In this document: in pieces, positions 1-9,740 of the stretch
Layout of the letters: each line of letters opens with the position of its first letter
Position numbering within the stretch: the stretch's first letter is position 1
Assembly: GCF_004745425.1 (NCBI RefSeq)
Contig: NZ_PGGK01000004.1
Span: 203,434-227,433, forward strand
Length of the DNA stretch: 24,000 nt
Reading direction: 5' to 3'
From: Methanolobus halotolerans
Lineage (GTDB): Archaea; Halobacteriota; Methanosarcinia; Methanosarcinales; Methanosarcinaceae
Translations under genes and position numbers: made by a program
Notes under the pieces: model-generated
Seen by the model: the letters and a program-made list of their open reading frames with translations, nothing else
The model's database searches: none
What the model was told of the DNA's origin: nothing

Positions 1-1
1 A

Positions 2-100
2 AGGAACGTGTTCCAGTCAGATGATCCGATAAAACTTGTATCCCGGATCTCCATGATAGTTCACAAAGGATTTACTCCGGATGAAGCAATGGAATCTTAA
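2..100 (+). CDS. Possible 3' end of an unidentified upstream gene (partial, runs off the window start)
   Basis: Frame 2 is open from the window edge to TAA at 98-100 (…VFQSDDPIKLVSRISMIVHKGFTPDEAMES*). A T7 run follows at about 114-121, which resembles an archaeal oligo-T terminator. It is too short to identify. Confidence 0.3.
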   Translation, partial: RNVFQSDDPIKLVSRISMIVHKGFTPDEAMES

Positions 101-572
101 CTTAAATGGTTCCTGGTTTTTTTAGTACTTATCTGATCCTGTGTAACAGGTGCAGTGAGTTAGTTTCTTTTTTCCATCGGAAACAGGGGGGTCATTCCCG
201 GACATATTTCAGATTGAACTAAAAGCACAAAGCTGGCAGACTAAAATACATAAGCAGATTCATGTCAGAATCAGAAAAAAGCGCAAAGGACAATGGATAA
301 GATAAGCAAGGTCAAGTTTTGAAATGACCAATTGAATCATATAAAGTGGTGGTACGATATGAAATATGATTGCTTTACTGACCTTGCTCAGCTTGAAAAA
401 GATATGAGCATCTATATATCCATTATGCATGGCATAAAGTCAAATATGTACACAAAAAGTACGAACAATGCACATGCATTGCATTAAGTGAAGTCGCGTT
501 ACTATTAAATCCAATGGAACTGTCGAGGTTCTATCAATATTTATAATCGACTGATAATTATGAGGATATTTT

Positions 573-2318
573 ATGGATAAATATGAACAGGTTATAGAAC
601 TGGCGAAACGTCGGGGCTTCTTGTGGAACTCATTCGAACTCTACGGAGGAAGTGCAGGATTCTATGATTACGGACCGCTCGGCAGCACACTAAAACGCAG
701 GATTGAGCAGATATGGCGAGAACTGTTCGTGATCCAGGAAGGGTTCATGGAGATTGAAACCCCTACAGTGGGTATCGAAAATGTCTTTGTGGCATCGGGT
801 CATGTTGGCGGTTTCTCGGACCCGCTATGTGAATGCAGGGCATGTGGTGAAGCTTTCAGGGCTGACCACCTAGTCGACAGGATAGTGCCTGTTGCAGATG
901 CACTCAGTAACGATGAACTGGACAGGATTATCAGGGAAAACCAGATAAAATGTCCTGAGTGTGAGGGTGAACTTGGTGAAACCTATGAATTCAACCTTAT
1001 GTTCAAGACCCAGATCGGCCCTGGCTCCGGGAGACAGGGGTATATGCGTCCTGAGACAGCCCAGGGAATGTTCGTTGATTTCCTGAGGCTTGCACGCTTC
1101 TATCGTGAAAAATTACCATTCGGCGCCACCCAGATCGGTAAGTCATACCGTAATGAGATATCACCGAGACAGGGAGTCATCAGGCTCAGGGAGTTCACCC
1201 AGGCAGAGGCCGAGATATTCATAGACCCGCAGGATAAGAGCCATCCGAACATCGGCAGATTTGCTGACACAATATTGAACCTGTACTCGGACGCTGCACA
1301 GGAGAAGGGAGAAGTGGAGAAGATAACCATTGCAGAGGCAGTGCAGAGAGGCATTATCGCCCACGAATTCCTTGCATACCAGATAGGCCTTACCAACATT
1401 TTCCTGCAGCGTGTGGGTGTTGCCCCGGAGATGTTGAGATTCAGACAGCACAAGAAGGATGAGATGGCACACTATGCCATGGATTGCTGGGATGCAGAGG
1501 TCAGTACTGACAGGTTCGGCTGGGTGGAGGTCGTAGGGATCGCCGACAGAACGAATTACGACCTCTGCGCACATGCTGCGGTCAGCAAGACCGAACTCTC
1601 CATTTACAGGGAATATCCCGAGCCTAAAATGGTAACCCGGTTTGTCGTAAAACCGAACATGGGAAAACTCGGACCACTGTTCAAGGGAAAGGCTAAAACA
1701 GTTGCTGAAGCACTTAAGGCACTCCCTAGAGAAGACCTGGAAAAAGAAGAGATCAAGGTCATTGTGGATTCCGAGGAGATCATCATTCCGAAGGGCGTCG
1801 TTGAATTCGCAGAAGAGACCATCAAGGTCAGCGGTGAGAACATCGTGCCTCATGTGGTTGAACCTTCTTTCGGTATAGACAGGATATTCTATACGGTACT
1901 GGAACATGCCTTCGATGAAGAGGCAATGCCGGCAAAAGAAGATACTGAAGAAGAGGCCAGGATCATCATGAGGTTCAGGAATGAGGTCTCGCCTGTCCAG
2001 ATTGCCGTGCTTCCACTGCTTACACGGAAGGAACTCATCGAACCTGCCAGAAAAATGGAGAGCAAACTCAGGGAGAAGGGGCTGCTTGTGTCATATGATG
2101 ATTCGGGTACCATCGGACGCCGTTACAGGAGAAATGACGAAATAGGCACCCCGTATTCAGTCACCATCGACTATGACACCCTTGAGGACAATACTGTGAC
2201 GATACGCGAACGAGACAGTATGAAGCAGGTACGCACATCCATCGAGGGCATAGAGGATACCCTGTACGACCTCATGTACAAGAGCAAGGATTTTGAGAGT
2301 GCGGGAACTGCACTCTAA
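573..2318 (+). CDS. glyS: Glycine--tRNA ligase (archaeal/eukaryotic-type class II GlyRS)
   Basis: The 581-aa ORF opens with FLWNSFELYGGSAGFYDYGPLG, the typical GlyRS N-terminus. It has class II motifs (YMRPETAQG, FRNEISPRQGVIRLREFTQAE, GIDR) and an anticodon-binding C-terminus (GRRYRRNDEIGTPYSVTID). GAGGA sits 6 nt upstream of the ATG. Confidence 0.97.
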   Translation: MDKYEQVIELAKRRGFLWNSFELYGGSAGFYDYGPLGSTLKRRIEQIWRELFVIQEGFMEIETPTVGIENVFVASGHVGGFSDPLCECRACGEAFRADHLVDRIVPVADALSNDELDRIIRENQIKCPECEGELGETYEFNLMFKTQIGPGSGRQGYMRPETAQGMFVDFLRLARFYREKLPFGATQIGKSYRNEISPRQGVIRLREFTQAEAEIFIDPQDKSHPNIGRFADTILNLYSDAAQEKGEVEKITIAEAVQRGIIAHEFLAYQIGLTNIFLQRVGVAPEMLRFRQHKKDEMAHYAMDCWDAEVSTDRFGWVEVVGIADRTNYDLCAHAAVSKTELSIYREYPEPKMVTRFVVKPNMGKLGPLFKGKAKTVAEALKALPREDLEKEEIKVIVDSEEIIIPKGVVEFAEETIKVSGENIVPHVVEPSFGIDRIFYTVLEHAFDEEAMPAKEDTEEEARIIMRFRNEVSPVQIAVLPLLTRKELIEPARKMESKLREKGLLVSYDDSGTIGRRYRRNDEIGTPYSVTIDYDTLEDNTVTIRERDSMKQVRTSIEGIEDTLYDLMYKSKDFESAGTAL

Positions 2319-2390
2319 TACTTTCACCGTGCTTGCCACATATTTAAAAGCTTAAAGATTGTATATATGACAAACTTTTAGCTTGAAAAC

Positions 2391-4649
2391 ATGCCAGAAC
2401 ATATCAGACACCCACTGATCAAACAGGATGCTGTTGAGCAGCGGCTTTACCAGCTGGACCTGGCCGGAAAGGCTCTTGCGGCATCCACGCTGGTCGTCCT
2501 CCCCACCGGGCTCGGAAAGACCATAGTAGCCCTTCTGGTCATCGCATCGCGCCTGGAAAAGGCAGGCGGGAAGGTGCTGGTACTTTCACCCACAAAGCCT
2601 CTTGTTGAACAGCATGCATCTTTTTTCCGTAAAGTACTGTCCATACCCGAGGAAGAGGTACTGACCTTCACAGGCAGCATCAATCCCCTGCAAAGAGAGG
2701 AACTGTGGAAGAGTGGCCGGGTGATAGTATCAACACCGCAGGTCATCGAGAACGATATTCTTACAAAACGTATCACACTTGATGATGTGACGCACATTAC
2801 CTTTGATGAGGCACACCGTGCAACCGGGAACTATGCCTATACCTATATTGCGGAAAAGTATTTTGAAATTGCCAGGGACCCCCTCTGCCTGGGGATAACG
2901 GCAAGCCCCGGAAGTTCGGATGAGAGAATAGCCGAAGTATGCCGTGCCCTGCGCATCGAATCGGTCGCTGTTAAGACAGAGTCGGACAGGGATGTGGCCC
3001 AGTATATCCAGAAGAAGGACATCGAATGGAAGCGTATCAACCTTCCGTCCGAGATGAAAGAAATAAAGGACCTGCTCCAGAAGGTCCTTGATGACAGGTA
3101 TAAAAAGCTCACAGATGCAGGCTATCCCATACACAACCAGAGGTATGTTTCCAAGAAGGACCTGCTTTCACTGCAACAAAGACTGCAGGGGGAACTGAGA
3201 GGTTTACCAGAGTCATCGGTATACACTGCCATCTCCATACTTGCAGAGATACTCAAAGTAAGCCATGCAGTGGAGATTACTGAGACACAGGGACTTGGTG
3301 CCCTGCGCATGTATATGGAAAGACTTGACAATGAAGCGGGCTCCAGTAAAGGGAGCAAGGCATCCAAACGTCTGGCAGAGGACCTGTATATCAGGCAGGC
3401 AGTCCACCGTCTCAGTAACTGCGACTGCGAACACCCTAAAATGGAGCATGTGAAGCAAATCGTGTTTGAGCAGCTCACCAATAAACCGGATTCAAGGGTA
3501 ATAGTCTTTGCCAACTATCGCGACACTGCGGAGATGATAACCGGTGCACTTGCAGAGATCGAACTTATCCGGCCGGTACGCTTTGTAGGACAGGCGTCCA
3601 AGTACAAGGACAAAGGACTTACGCAGAAACAACAGGTCGGAATAATAGACATGTTCAAGGCAGGAGAGTACAACACCCTTGTGGCCACATCGGTTGCAGA
3701 AGAAGGCCTGGACATTCCATCCACAGATCTGGTGCTCTTCTATGAACCGGTCCCTTCCGAGATACGCAGCATTCAGAGAAAAGGCAGGACCGGGAGAAAA
3801 CATGAAGGACGTGTTGTGGTCCTTGTCACCAAAGGAACAAGGGATGAGGGATACTACTGGAGCAGCCTTGCAAAAGAGAAGAAAATGCAAAGTAATATGC
3901 AGACACTCCAGGACATTATGCCTTCCGGGGCAAGAGAGAATCATCAGGAGACGCTGACAGACACGGAATACAATGACCAGGTCACACTGGCCGATTTTGA
4001 TGAGAACTCCCCGAAGGTCATTGTGGACCAGAGAGAAGTGAAAAGCTCTGTTGCCAGAATGCTCGATAAGGCAGGAGTGGACATTATATTAAAGACACTG
4101 GAAGTCGGGGATTATATTCTGAGCGACCGGATAGCTGTGGAAAGGAAGAGTACAGAGGATTTTACAAGCTCGCTCATCGAGCATAAGCTCTTCGAGCAGA
4201 TATCAAACCTTAGCAGGACATATCAAAAGCCTGTGCTGATACTTGAAGGAGAGAACCTGTTCACAAGCAGGAAACTCAATCCTGCTGCCATACATGGCGC
4301 ACTATCCTCTATTGCCATTGATTTCGGTGTGGCGGTGTTGTATACAAGGGATTCCGAAGATACAGCCAGTTTAATAAAACAGATAGCAAAAAGGGAGCAG
4401 ACAGAGGAGAAAAGAGAGGTCAGCCTTCATGGGAAGAAAGCCTCCCAGATGCTTCCGCAACAGCAGGAATACATCATATCATCCATATCTGATATCGGTC
4501 CCAAGGCTGCCAGAAGTCTCCTGCAGCATTTCGGAACTGTGGAAAATGTTATCAAGGCAGACTATGAGGAACTGCTGAAGGTCAGGAACATCGGACCAAA
4601 AACTGCCATCCGCATACGGGAACTTGTCAGCAGGGAGTACACAGGATAA
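2391..4649 (+). CDS. hef: Hef: helicase-associated ERCC4/XPF-family structure-specific endonuclease (helicase + nuclease + HhH2)
   Basis: The 752-aa ORF has an SF2 helicase N-terminus (Walker A LPTGLGKT, DEAH box FDEAHRA, motif VI QRKGRTGR). It has an ERCC4 nuclease signature (GDYILSDRIAVERKSTEDF). The C-terminus is a tandem helix-hairpin-helix (IGPKAARSLL…NIGPKTAIRI). Confidence 0.93.
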   Translation: MPEHIRHPLIKQDAVEQRLYQLDLAGKALAASTLVVLPTGLGKTIVALLVIASRLEKAGGKVLVLSPTKPLVEQHASFFRKVLSIPEEEVLTFTGSINPLQREELWKSGRVIVSTPQVIENDILTKRITLDDVTHITFDEAHRATGNYAYTYIAEKYFEIARDPLCLGITASPGSSDERIAEVCRALRIESVAVKTESDRDVAQYIQKKDIEWKRINLPSEMKEIKDLLQKVLDDRYKKLTDAGYPIHNQRYVSKKDLLSLQQRLQGELRGLPESSVYTAISILAEILKVSHAVEITETQGLGALRMYMERLDNEAGSSKGSKASKRLAEDLYIRQAVHRLSNCDCEHPKMEHVKQIVFEQLTNKPDSRVIVFANYRDTAEMITGALAEIELIRPVRFVGQASKYKDKGLTQKQQVGIIDMFKAGEYNTLVATSVAEEGLDIPSTDLVLFYEPVPSEIRSIQRKGRTGRKHEGRVVVLVTKGTRDEGYYWSSLAKEKKMQSNMQTLQDIMPSGARENHQETLTDTEYNDQVTLADFDENSPKVIVDQREVKSSVARMLDKAGVDIILKTLEVGDYILSDRIAVERKSTEDFTSSLIEHKLFEQISNLSRTYQKPVLILEGENLFTSRKLNPAAIHGALSSIAIDFGVAVLYTRDSEDTASLIKQIAKREQTEEKREVSLHGKKASQMLPQQQEYIISSISDIGPKAARSLLQHFGTVENVIKADYEELLKVRNIGPKTAIRIRELVSREYTG

Positions 4650-4693
4650 CACAAAATTGTGCTATCCCTGCTATCCCTTAAAGTATACTATAT

Positions 4694-5209
4694 CTAAAGT
4701 GTCTTCCTCATTTTCTCGATTATTGAAAGACCACGTTCTATCATATCCATGTGATCGGATATTTTCCTGATGTCATCCTCTGAGCGCATGGAACGCGCGC
4801 ATGAGATCATCTTTTCCATCAACAGTGATTCAAGTTCAGTTGCTGAAGGAGAATCCGGCTGGCTGGAAGGATGTCTGGCAGAGTCTGCCTCTGGTACCTG
4901 AGAGGGAGCATCTGTCTTTACCGTATCTTCCATCGCAGCCTGCGACTGTATGTCGTTGAGCTCTTCGGAAAGAGAATCCCCTTCCGCAGATACTGGAGCA
5001 AGCCTGTTACTTGTGCCTGACTCGGGCTGTAATTCCTGCTGGAGCTTGTTGCGCGGGTCAGTCGCGCCCTCACAGACAGGACACATGATCCTACCTTGGT
5101 ATCTGAACATAGGCGATCCACAAACATCGCAATGCTGCGCAAGCATAGTGCCACCGATCTCCAGCATTCTGGAGATCTTTTTTACCATATCATCGTCCGT
5201 ATTTGTCAT
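4694..5209 (-). CDS. Zinc-ribbon protein of the Sjogren/scleroderma autoantigen p27-like (Auto_anti-p27 / UPF0148) family
   Basis: The 171-aa N-terminus KKISRMLEIGGTMLAQHCDVCGSPMF…CPVCEG matches the family's CxxC…CxxC ribbon as I remember it. The middle is acidic, Ser/Pro-rich and low-complexity. The C-terminus is helical. Confidence 0.72.
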   Translation of the reverse strand: MTNTDDDMVKKISRMLEIGGTMLAQHCDVCGSPMFRYQGRIMCPVCEGATDPRNKLQQELQPESGTSNRLAPVSAEGDSLSEELNDIQSQAAMEDTVKTDAPSQVPEADSARHPSSQPDSPSATELESLLMEKMISCARSMRSEDDIRKISDHMDMIERGLSIIEKMRKTL

Positions 5210-5327
5210 TGAATTCCATCCTGGTTACACAAAATATATACCAATGAAAGTCTTTTTATAGAACGTAACTATTTAGGAATAACTGAGGTAACCCTTATTT
5301 TGATTTTAAAATTATCAAGGTGATCAT

Positions 5328-5594
5328 ATGTCAGATTATGGACAAGTCATTGAGGAATGTAAACAGAAATTAGAGTATATAGCGAACGACAATTCGGTTC
5401 CTAGAAATATCAGACGTTCCGCAAATGAAGTTCTGGAAACTTTAAGGAAAAAAGACGAACCGTTATTCTTGAGAACCTCATCAAGCATATCAGTGCTTGA
5501 AGATATAAGCAATGATCCGAACATTCCTGTTCACACCAGAACCCTTATCTGGGACGTGGCCAGTCAGCTTGAAACAATACCAGTTGACGAGTAA
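5328..5594 (+). CDS. UPF0147-family small archaeal protein
   Basis: The 88-aa ORF contains …[19 protein letters not shown]… and …[20 protein letters not shown], which resembles the tandem helical repeat of archaeal UPF0147 proteins. AGGTGAT lies just upstream of the ATG. Confidence 0.78.
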   Translation: MSDYGQVIEECKQKLEYIANDNSVPRNIRRSANEVLETLRKKDEPLFLRTSSSISVLEDISNDPNIPVHTRTLIWDVASQLETIPVDE

Positions 5595-5727
5595 TAAGGA
5601 ATAATCCGTATAATTAAGCATTTGGTTCTCTCAATGTGCAGTCCACCGGGACTGGCACACTGTTCTTTCCTTAAACAGTAACAAGCCGTAATAGGCTCAT
5701 CCACAGTTGTAGCAAGATGGGGGAAAC

Positions 5728-6363
5728 GTGATAATTGACATCTTCGACAGGATCAGAACAAAACTCGAGGATAAGGATACAGCCCGCGAGCGAAGTTTAG
5801 CAATATCACGCGACATAGTACGCAATTGCAGGACAGCCATGTTCGACATGCATAAAGGCAAGTTTGAAAAGGCTACCGTACTCCTTGAAACATCTAAGAG
5901 GTCGATCAAAGACCTCAGTTACGTTCTTGAGGAACATCCTGATGTATACTATTCAGGATTTGTCGAGCATGCTCAGCAGGAGTATGTCGAATGTTCCATA
6001 GTTTTCGAGTTGCTCAGGCACGGAGTTGAAACCAACAGCATACCAGGACCGGAAGAACTTAAAGTGGAATATGCCGCTTACCTTAATGGCCTGGGTGATG
6101 TGAACGGAGAACTCAGGAGGCACATACTTGACCTTTTAAGGAAGGAAAGGGCCCCGGAAGCAGAAAAGTTCCTGGACACTATGGAAGAGATATACACATG
6201 CCTTATGATGTTCGATTTCCCGGATGCGATGACACGGGGCCTTCGACACAAAACAGATACCACGCGCGCAATACTCGAGCGTACACGCGGAGATGTGTCG
6301 ACTGCCATCAGACAGCTGAGACTGGAAAACGCGATGAGAGAGTTTGAGAGAAGGACAGATTAA
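5728..6363 (+). CDS. Translin-family nucleic-acid-binding protein
   Basis: The 211-aa ORF has a GTG start. It is all-helical, with the translin-like core YLNGLGDVNGELRRHILD and a downstream F.D…TRG segment. The size is typical of archaeal translin homologues. Confidence 0.75.
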   Translation: MIIDIFDRIRTKLEDKDTARERSLAISRDIVRNCRTAMFDMHKGKFEKATVLLETSKRSIKDLSYVLEEHPDVYYSGFVEHAQQEYVECSIVFELLRHGVETNSIPGPEELKVEYAAYLNGLGDVNGELRRHILDLLRKERAPEAEKFLDTMEEIYTCLMMFDFPDAMTRGLRHKTDTTRAILERTRGDVSTAIRQLRLENAMREFERRTD

Positions 6364-6392
6364 TTTCCTTTATAATATTAAGAGGACTGTTC

Positions 6393-8012
6393 ATGAGATT
6401 CGATCCTGATGAAATAAAGAAAAAAGCCAATGAAGATTTTGACAGCACGTGGAACGCGGGAAAAGAGTTCGTAAAAACAACAGGTCTGAACGAACAGTAT
6501 CCTCATCTGTCCATCAAATATGGAAAACCACATCCTATATATGAGACCATTTCAAAACTGCGTGAAGCATATCTTCGCATGGGCTTTGAAGAGATGATGA
6601 ACCCGCTTATAGTGGATGAAAGGGAAGTTCACAAGCAGTTCGGGCACGAGGCCCTTGCAGTCCTTGACAGGTGCTATTATCTTGCCGGCCTGCCACGCCC
6701 CAATGTCGGTATTTCTGATGAGAGCATAAGTGCAATCAGATGCATTCTGGGAGATATTGGTGATGAGGATGTCGAGACGATCAGGAAGATCCTGCATTCT
6801 TACAAGAAGGGTGACATCGAGGGAGATGACCTCATTCCGGAGATATCATCAGCAGTCGGCGTATCAGATACCCTCGTAGTCGAGATGATAGACCAGGTGT
6901 TTCCCGAGTTCAAGGAACTGGTCCCCCAGTCTACAAGAAGGACACTGAGAAGCCATATGACCTCCGGGTGGTTCATCAGCCTCGCATCCCTTCAGGAGCG
7001 CGCAAAGCCTCCGTTCAATCTGTTTTCCATTGACCGCTGTTTCAGGAGAGAACAGGAAGAAGATGCTGCACGCCTTATGACATATTACTCCGCATCCTGT
7101 GTGATAATGAATGAGGATGTGACCGTAGACCATGGAAAGGCCGTGGCCCAGAGCCTGCTGTCCCAGTTCGGATTCGAGAAGTTCATGTTCAGGCCCGATG
7201 ACAAGCGCAGTAAGTACTATGTTCCTGATACGCAGATCGAGGTCTTCGCATACCACCCGAAGCTAGTAGGCTCCAGGACCAAGTATTCCGACGGCTGGGT
7301 GGAAATCGCCACTTTCGGGATATATTCACCCACTGCACTTGCACAATACGGCATCTCCTGCCCGGTAATGAATCTCGGGCTAGGTGTCGAAAGACTTGCA
7401 ATGATATTATACAACGCAACTGACATCCGTTCACTCATATACCCACAGATCGCACAATATTCCGAGTGGAATATGGCAGATGACGAACTTGCAAGAATGA
7501 TCTATGTGGAAAATGTCCCTGAAACCCCGGAGGGTAAAGATATCGCAGAGGCCATTGTAGCTGTATGTGATGAATATGGCTCCACTCCAAGCCCATGCGA
7601 GTTCGTGGCATGGGAAAATGAGATCGAAGGGAAGAATGTAAAGGTCAGTGTCGTCGAACCTGAAGAGAACACCAAACTCTGCGGACCCGCCGCTTTCAAC
7701 GAGATAGTTGTATTCAATAATGATATACTTGGCATACCCGATAACAAGAAGTGGAAAGAAGCCCTCGAGAACCATTCCGCCAGAACGGGATTGAGATTCC
7801 TTGACTCCTTTGCCGCAAAGGCTGCAAGGGACATAGAAGAGGCCATTGCAAACGGCGAGGATGAAGTTGAGACAAGGGTACGTATCGTCAAGGTCCCATC
7901 CGAGATAAACATCTGCCTGGAGCCTCTTGCAAGCCGCTATATAACCGGCAAGAAGAAAAAAATAGATATCCGCGGACCGGTGTTTACCACAGTGAGGACA
8001 ACAATTGAATAA
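6393..8012 (+). CDS. sepS: O-phosphoserine--tRNA(Cys) ligase (SepRS)
   Basis: The 539-aa N-terminus is MRFDP…I…K…DF…W, followed by HP…ETISKLREAYLRMGFEEMMNPLIV and class II core motifs (LRSHMTSGWF, FSIDRCFRREQ, GLGVERLAM). This is a PheRS-alpha-like enzyme found in methanogens and Archaeoglobus. Confidence 0.95.
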   Translation: MRFDPDEIKKKANEDFDSTWNAGKEFVKTTGLNEQYPHLSIKYGKPHPIYETISKLREAYLRMGFEEMMNPLIVDEREVHKQFGHEALAVLDRCYYLAGLPRPNVGISDESISAIRCILGDIGDEDVETIRKILHSYKKGDIEGDDLIPEISSAVGVSDTLVVEMIDQVFPEFKELVPQSTRRTLRSHMTSGWFISLASLQERAKPPFNLFSIDRCFRREQEEDAARLMTYYSASCVIMNEDVTVDHGKAVAQSLLSQFGFEKFMFRPDDKRSKYYVPDTQIEVFAYHPKLVGSRTKYSDGWVEIATFGIYSPTALAQYGISCPVMNLGLGVERLAMILYNATDIRSLIYPQIAQYSEWNMADDELARMIYVENVPETPEGKDIAEAIVAVCDEYGSTPSPCEFVAWENEIEGKNVKVSVVEPEENTKLCGPAAFNEIVVFNNDILGIPDNKKWKEALENHSARTGLRFLDSFAAKAARDIEEAIANGEDEVETRVRIVKVPSEINICLEPLASRYITGKKKKIDIRGPVFTTVRTTIE

Positions 8013-8706
8013 AGATAGACTGCGTGAGTGGTTCGACCCACAAAAACGAAGTCTGAAAGAACTCAGGGAACTACAGCACAGGGCCGTTGAAAGAATCGAT
8101 CTGGAGGACGGTTTCGATCGGATAGAAACAGTTGCGGGCATGGACTGCTCATACATTGACAAGAATATAATATGTGCAATGGTCATTCTCGACTATGCAA
8201 CCATGGAAGTCATTGAGAAAAGGCATGCTATCCAGGAAGTGGGGCTGCCTTACATACCCACATATCTCAATTTCAGAGAGGGATGTGCCATGGCATCTGT
8301 TTTTTTGCAGGTGTCCACAAGGCCGGACATCACGATATTTGACTCCTGCGGGATAAACCATCCGATAAGAGCGGGAATGGCGGCTTATTTTGGTGCTGTA
8401 ATGGATGTCCCCACGGTCGGTGTTTCAAAAAAGATACTTTGCGGCCACGCCATCACTCCTGTGAATACAGGCGAATACCATGAACTAATGCAGTATGAGG
8501 AGCAGATAGGCTGGGTCCTGAAATCCAACAAGAAGAGTAACCCGATAATCATAGCTCCCGGAAACAAGGTTTCCATGGGTAGCTGCCTTGAGGTGGTACA
8601 ACACTGCCTTAAAGGATACAAACTTCCGGAACCCACAAGGCTTGCACACAACTATGCAGGTGAGATAAGAGAGGAACTCAGGCGAAAAACGGAGGAATCC
8701 GCCTGA
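8005..8706 (+). CDS. nfi: Endonuclease V (deoxyinosine 3' endonuclease / inosine-specific RNase)
   Basis: The 233 aa include …LQHRAVERIDLEDGF…VAGMDCSY… and …YIPTYLNFREG…DGCGINHPIRAGMAAYFG…PTVGVSKK, matching the EndoV catalytic D…E…D/H architecture. The only in-frame start is TTG at 8005, which overlaps the sepS stop (8010-8012). Confidence 0.88.
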   Translation: MNKDRLREWFDPQKRSLKELRELQHRAVERIDLEDGFDRIETVAGMDCSYIDKNIICAMVILDYATMEVIEKRHAIQEVGLPYIPTYLNFREGCAMASVFLQVSTRPDITIFDSCGINHPIRAGMAAYFGAVMDVPTVGVSKKILCGHAITPVNTGEYHELMQYEEQIGWVLKSNKKSNPIIIAPGNKVSMGSCLEVVQHCLKGYKLPEPTRLAHNYAGEIREELRRKTEESA

Positions 8707-8759
8707 GAGCACAGCTTGAAATACCTAACATCATATCACTGGCAGGCATTGGCGAGCCT

Positions 8760-9332
8760 GTGTGTATTACATTCGAGAATGAGAAGGGAACTTCTTCAGA
8801 GCTGCTGTATTGCGAGATCGTACATAGGGCAAGATACGGCGAATCATTCCTCATTGAAAAACAACGCTGTAGCGCAGGAGATCATATACTGGGAAAAACA
8901 TCCCGGAGCCCTGCCGATTACTACCTGCGGGCCGGAAGGTACAGGGACATGGAAACCGCGATCAGGGCGGCAGACTCACTTCTATGCATCGAAAAGGAAT
9001 ACAGATCGATCCGTATCGAACCATTGTCCGTGAGCAAAAATGATCCGGACGTATTCCTGCTTTTCCTCAGACCTGAAAGTGCAATGAGGATCTTGCAGGC
9101 ATATGCGTACCATTTCGGAAAAGGGCCGGATACTACTGGCATCGGAGCCGCCTCCATATGCTGTGACTGCACTGCAAGACCACTTACGCAGGGACTTGGC
9201 ATGTCCTTTGGCTGTAAAGGTTCCAGAAAACACAGCGATTACGCAGATACAGAGGTCCCCCTGGGCATAAGCAGGGACATTATTCAAAAAATAGAAGAGG
9301 GGCTTGAAAAGACCCCTGATACATATGAATGA
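8760..9332 (+). CDS. DUF169 (COG2043)-like Cys-containing protein; start uncertain
   Basis: The 190-aa ORF has a C-terminal half (…GIGAASICCDCTARPLTQGLGMSFGCKGSRKHSDY…EVPLGI) resembling DUF169 proteins. The frame opens only at 8730. GTG 8760 is the first conventional start, so the protein is short for the family. Confidence 0.6.
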   Translation: MCITFENEKGTSSELLYCEIVHRARYGESFLIEKQRCSAGDHILGKTSRSPADYYLRAGRYRDMETAIRAADSLLCIEKEYRSIRIEPLSVSKNDPDVFLLFLRPESAMRILQAYAYHFGKGPDTTGIGAASICCDCTARPLTQGLGMSFGCKGSRKHSDYADTEVPLGISRDIIQKIEEGLEKTPDTYE

Positions 9333-9346
9333 AACGTTACAAAGAA

Positions 9347-9736
9347 TTACTGTGCATTGTACAAAGGTATTTCTTCTGCGTCAACCTTTGAAACTTCACC
9401 CATCTTGTTATTCAGAACCTTACGTACACGAGCTATACACCTGGGGTCGAGCTGTAACCGGAGAATCGTCATCTCACGTTCTTCATAATACATCTCACTG
9501 TTTTGAACGACCCTCTGAGTACTTACGTGATGTTTGAGCAGTCTTGCTACTATACCGGTTGTCCCACCTGTCAGGTCATCCGGACTTGTACGTGTGAGAA
9601 AGATAAACTCACCCACGGCCAGATTCATTGCCGCAAAGAAATTATGAGGGCTTCGAATCTCGATAGTAAGTAACCTGTTCTGTTTTAATTCTGCGATTAC
9701 ACGTTCAGATAAACCGGTTAATGCAACGTATTCCAT
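9347..9736 (-). CDS. Conserved hypothetical protein (129 aa), function unknown
   Basis: The track ORF is 9347-9808, but its first 24 codons overlap the upstream gene. The ATG at 9736 (MEYVALTGLSERV…) lies 4 nt after the PAC2 stop (TGA at 9741-9743). Codon usage looks coding. I recognise no family. Confidence 0.6.
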   Translation of the reverse strand: MEYVALTGLSERVIAELKQNRLLTIEIRSPHNFFAAMNLAVGEFIFLTRTSPDDLTGGTTGIVARLLKHHVSTQRVVQNSEMYYEEREMTILRLQLDPRCIARVRKVLNNKMGEVSKVDAEEIPLYNAQ

Positions 9737-9740
9737 TTTA

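Noticed and set aside
820-975. Cys-rich insertion in GlyRS (CECRACGE…CPECEGEL) as a possible novel zinc-binding module
   Set aside because: As far as I recall, a Zn-ribbon-like insertion at this position is a normal feature of archaeal and eukaryotic-type GlyRS. It is not novel.
1161-1907. 248-aa minus-strand ORF, plus other smaller antisense ORFs, within glyS
   Set aside because: It is antisense to the unambiguous GlyRS gene and has no domain signal. The many 60-150-aa antisense or off-frame ORFs inside hef, mtd, the histidine kinase, the radical SAM gene, the GGR-like gene and others were rejected for the same reason.
5640-5665. Imperfect hairpin GTGCAGTCC-ACCGGG-ACTGGCAC between the UPF0147 gene and the translin gene
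   Set aside because: The stem is only 7-8 bp with a bulge and is not followed by a convincing T-run. The evidence is too weak to call a terminator or an RNA element.
7431-8186. 251-aa minus-strand ORF inside sepS/nfi
   Set aside because: It lies entirely antisense to two strongly supported genes. It has no recognisable motifs, and its Cys/Ser/Leu-rich composition is typical of shadow ORFs.
8716-9033. 105-aa plus-strand ORF overlapping the DUF169-like gene in another frame
   Set aside because: The overlapping frame (8760-9332) carries the recognisable DUF169-like Cys motifs. The product of this frame is low-complexity with no motif support.
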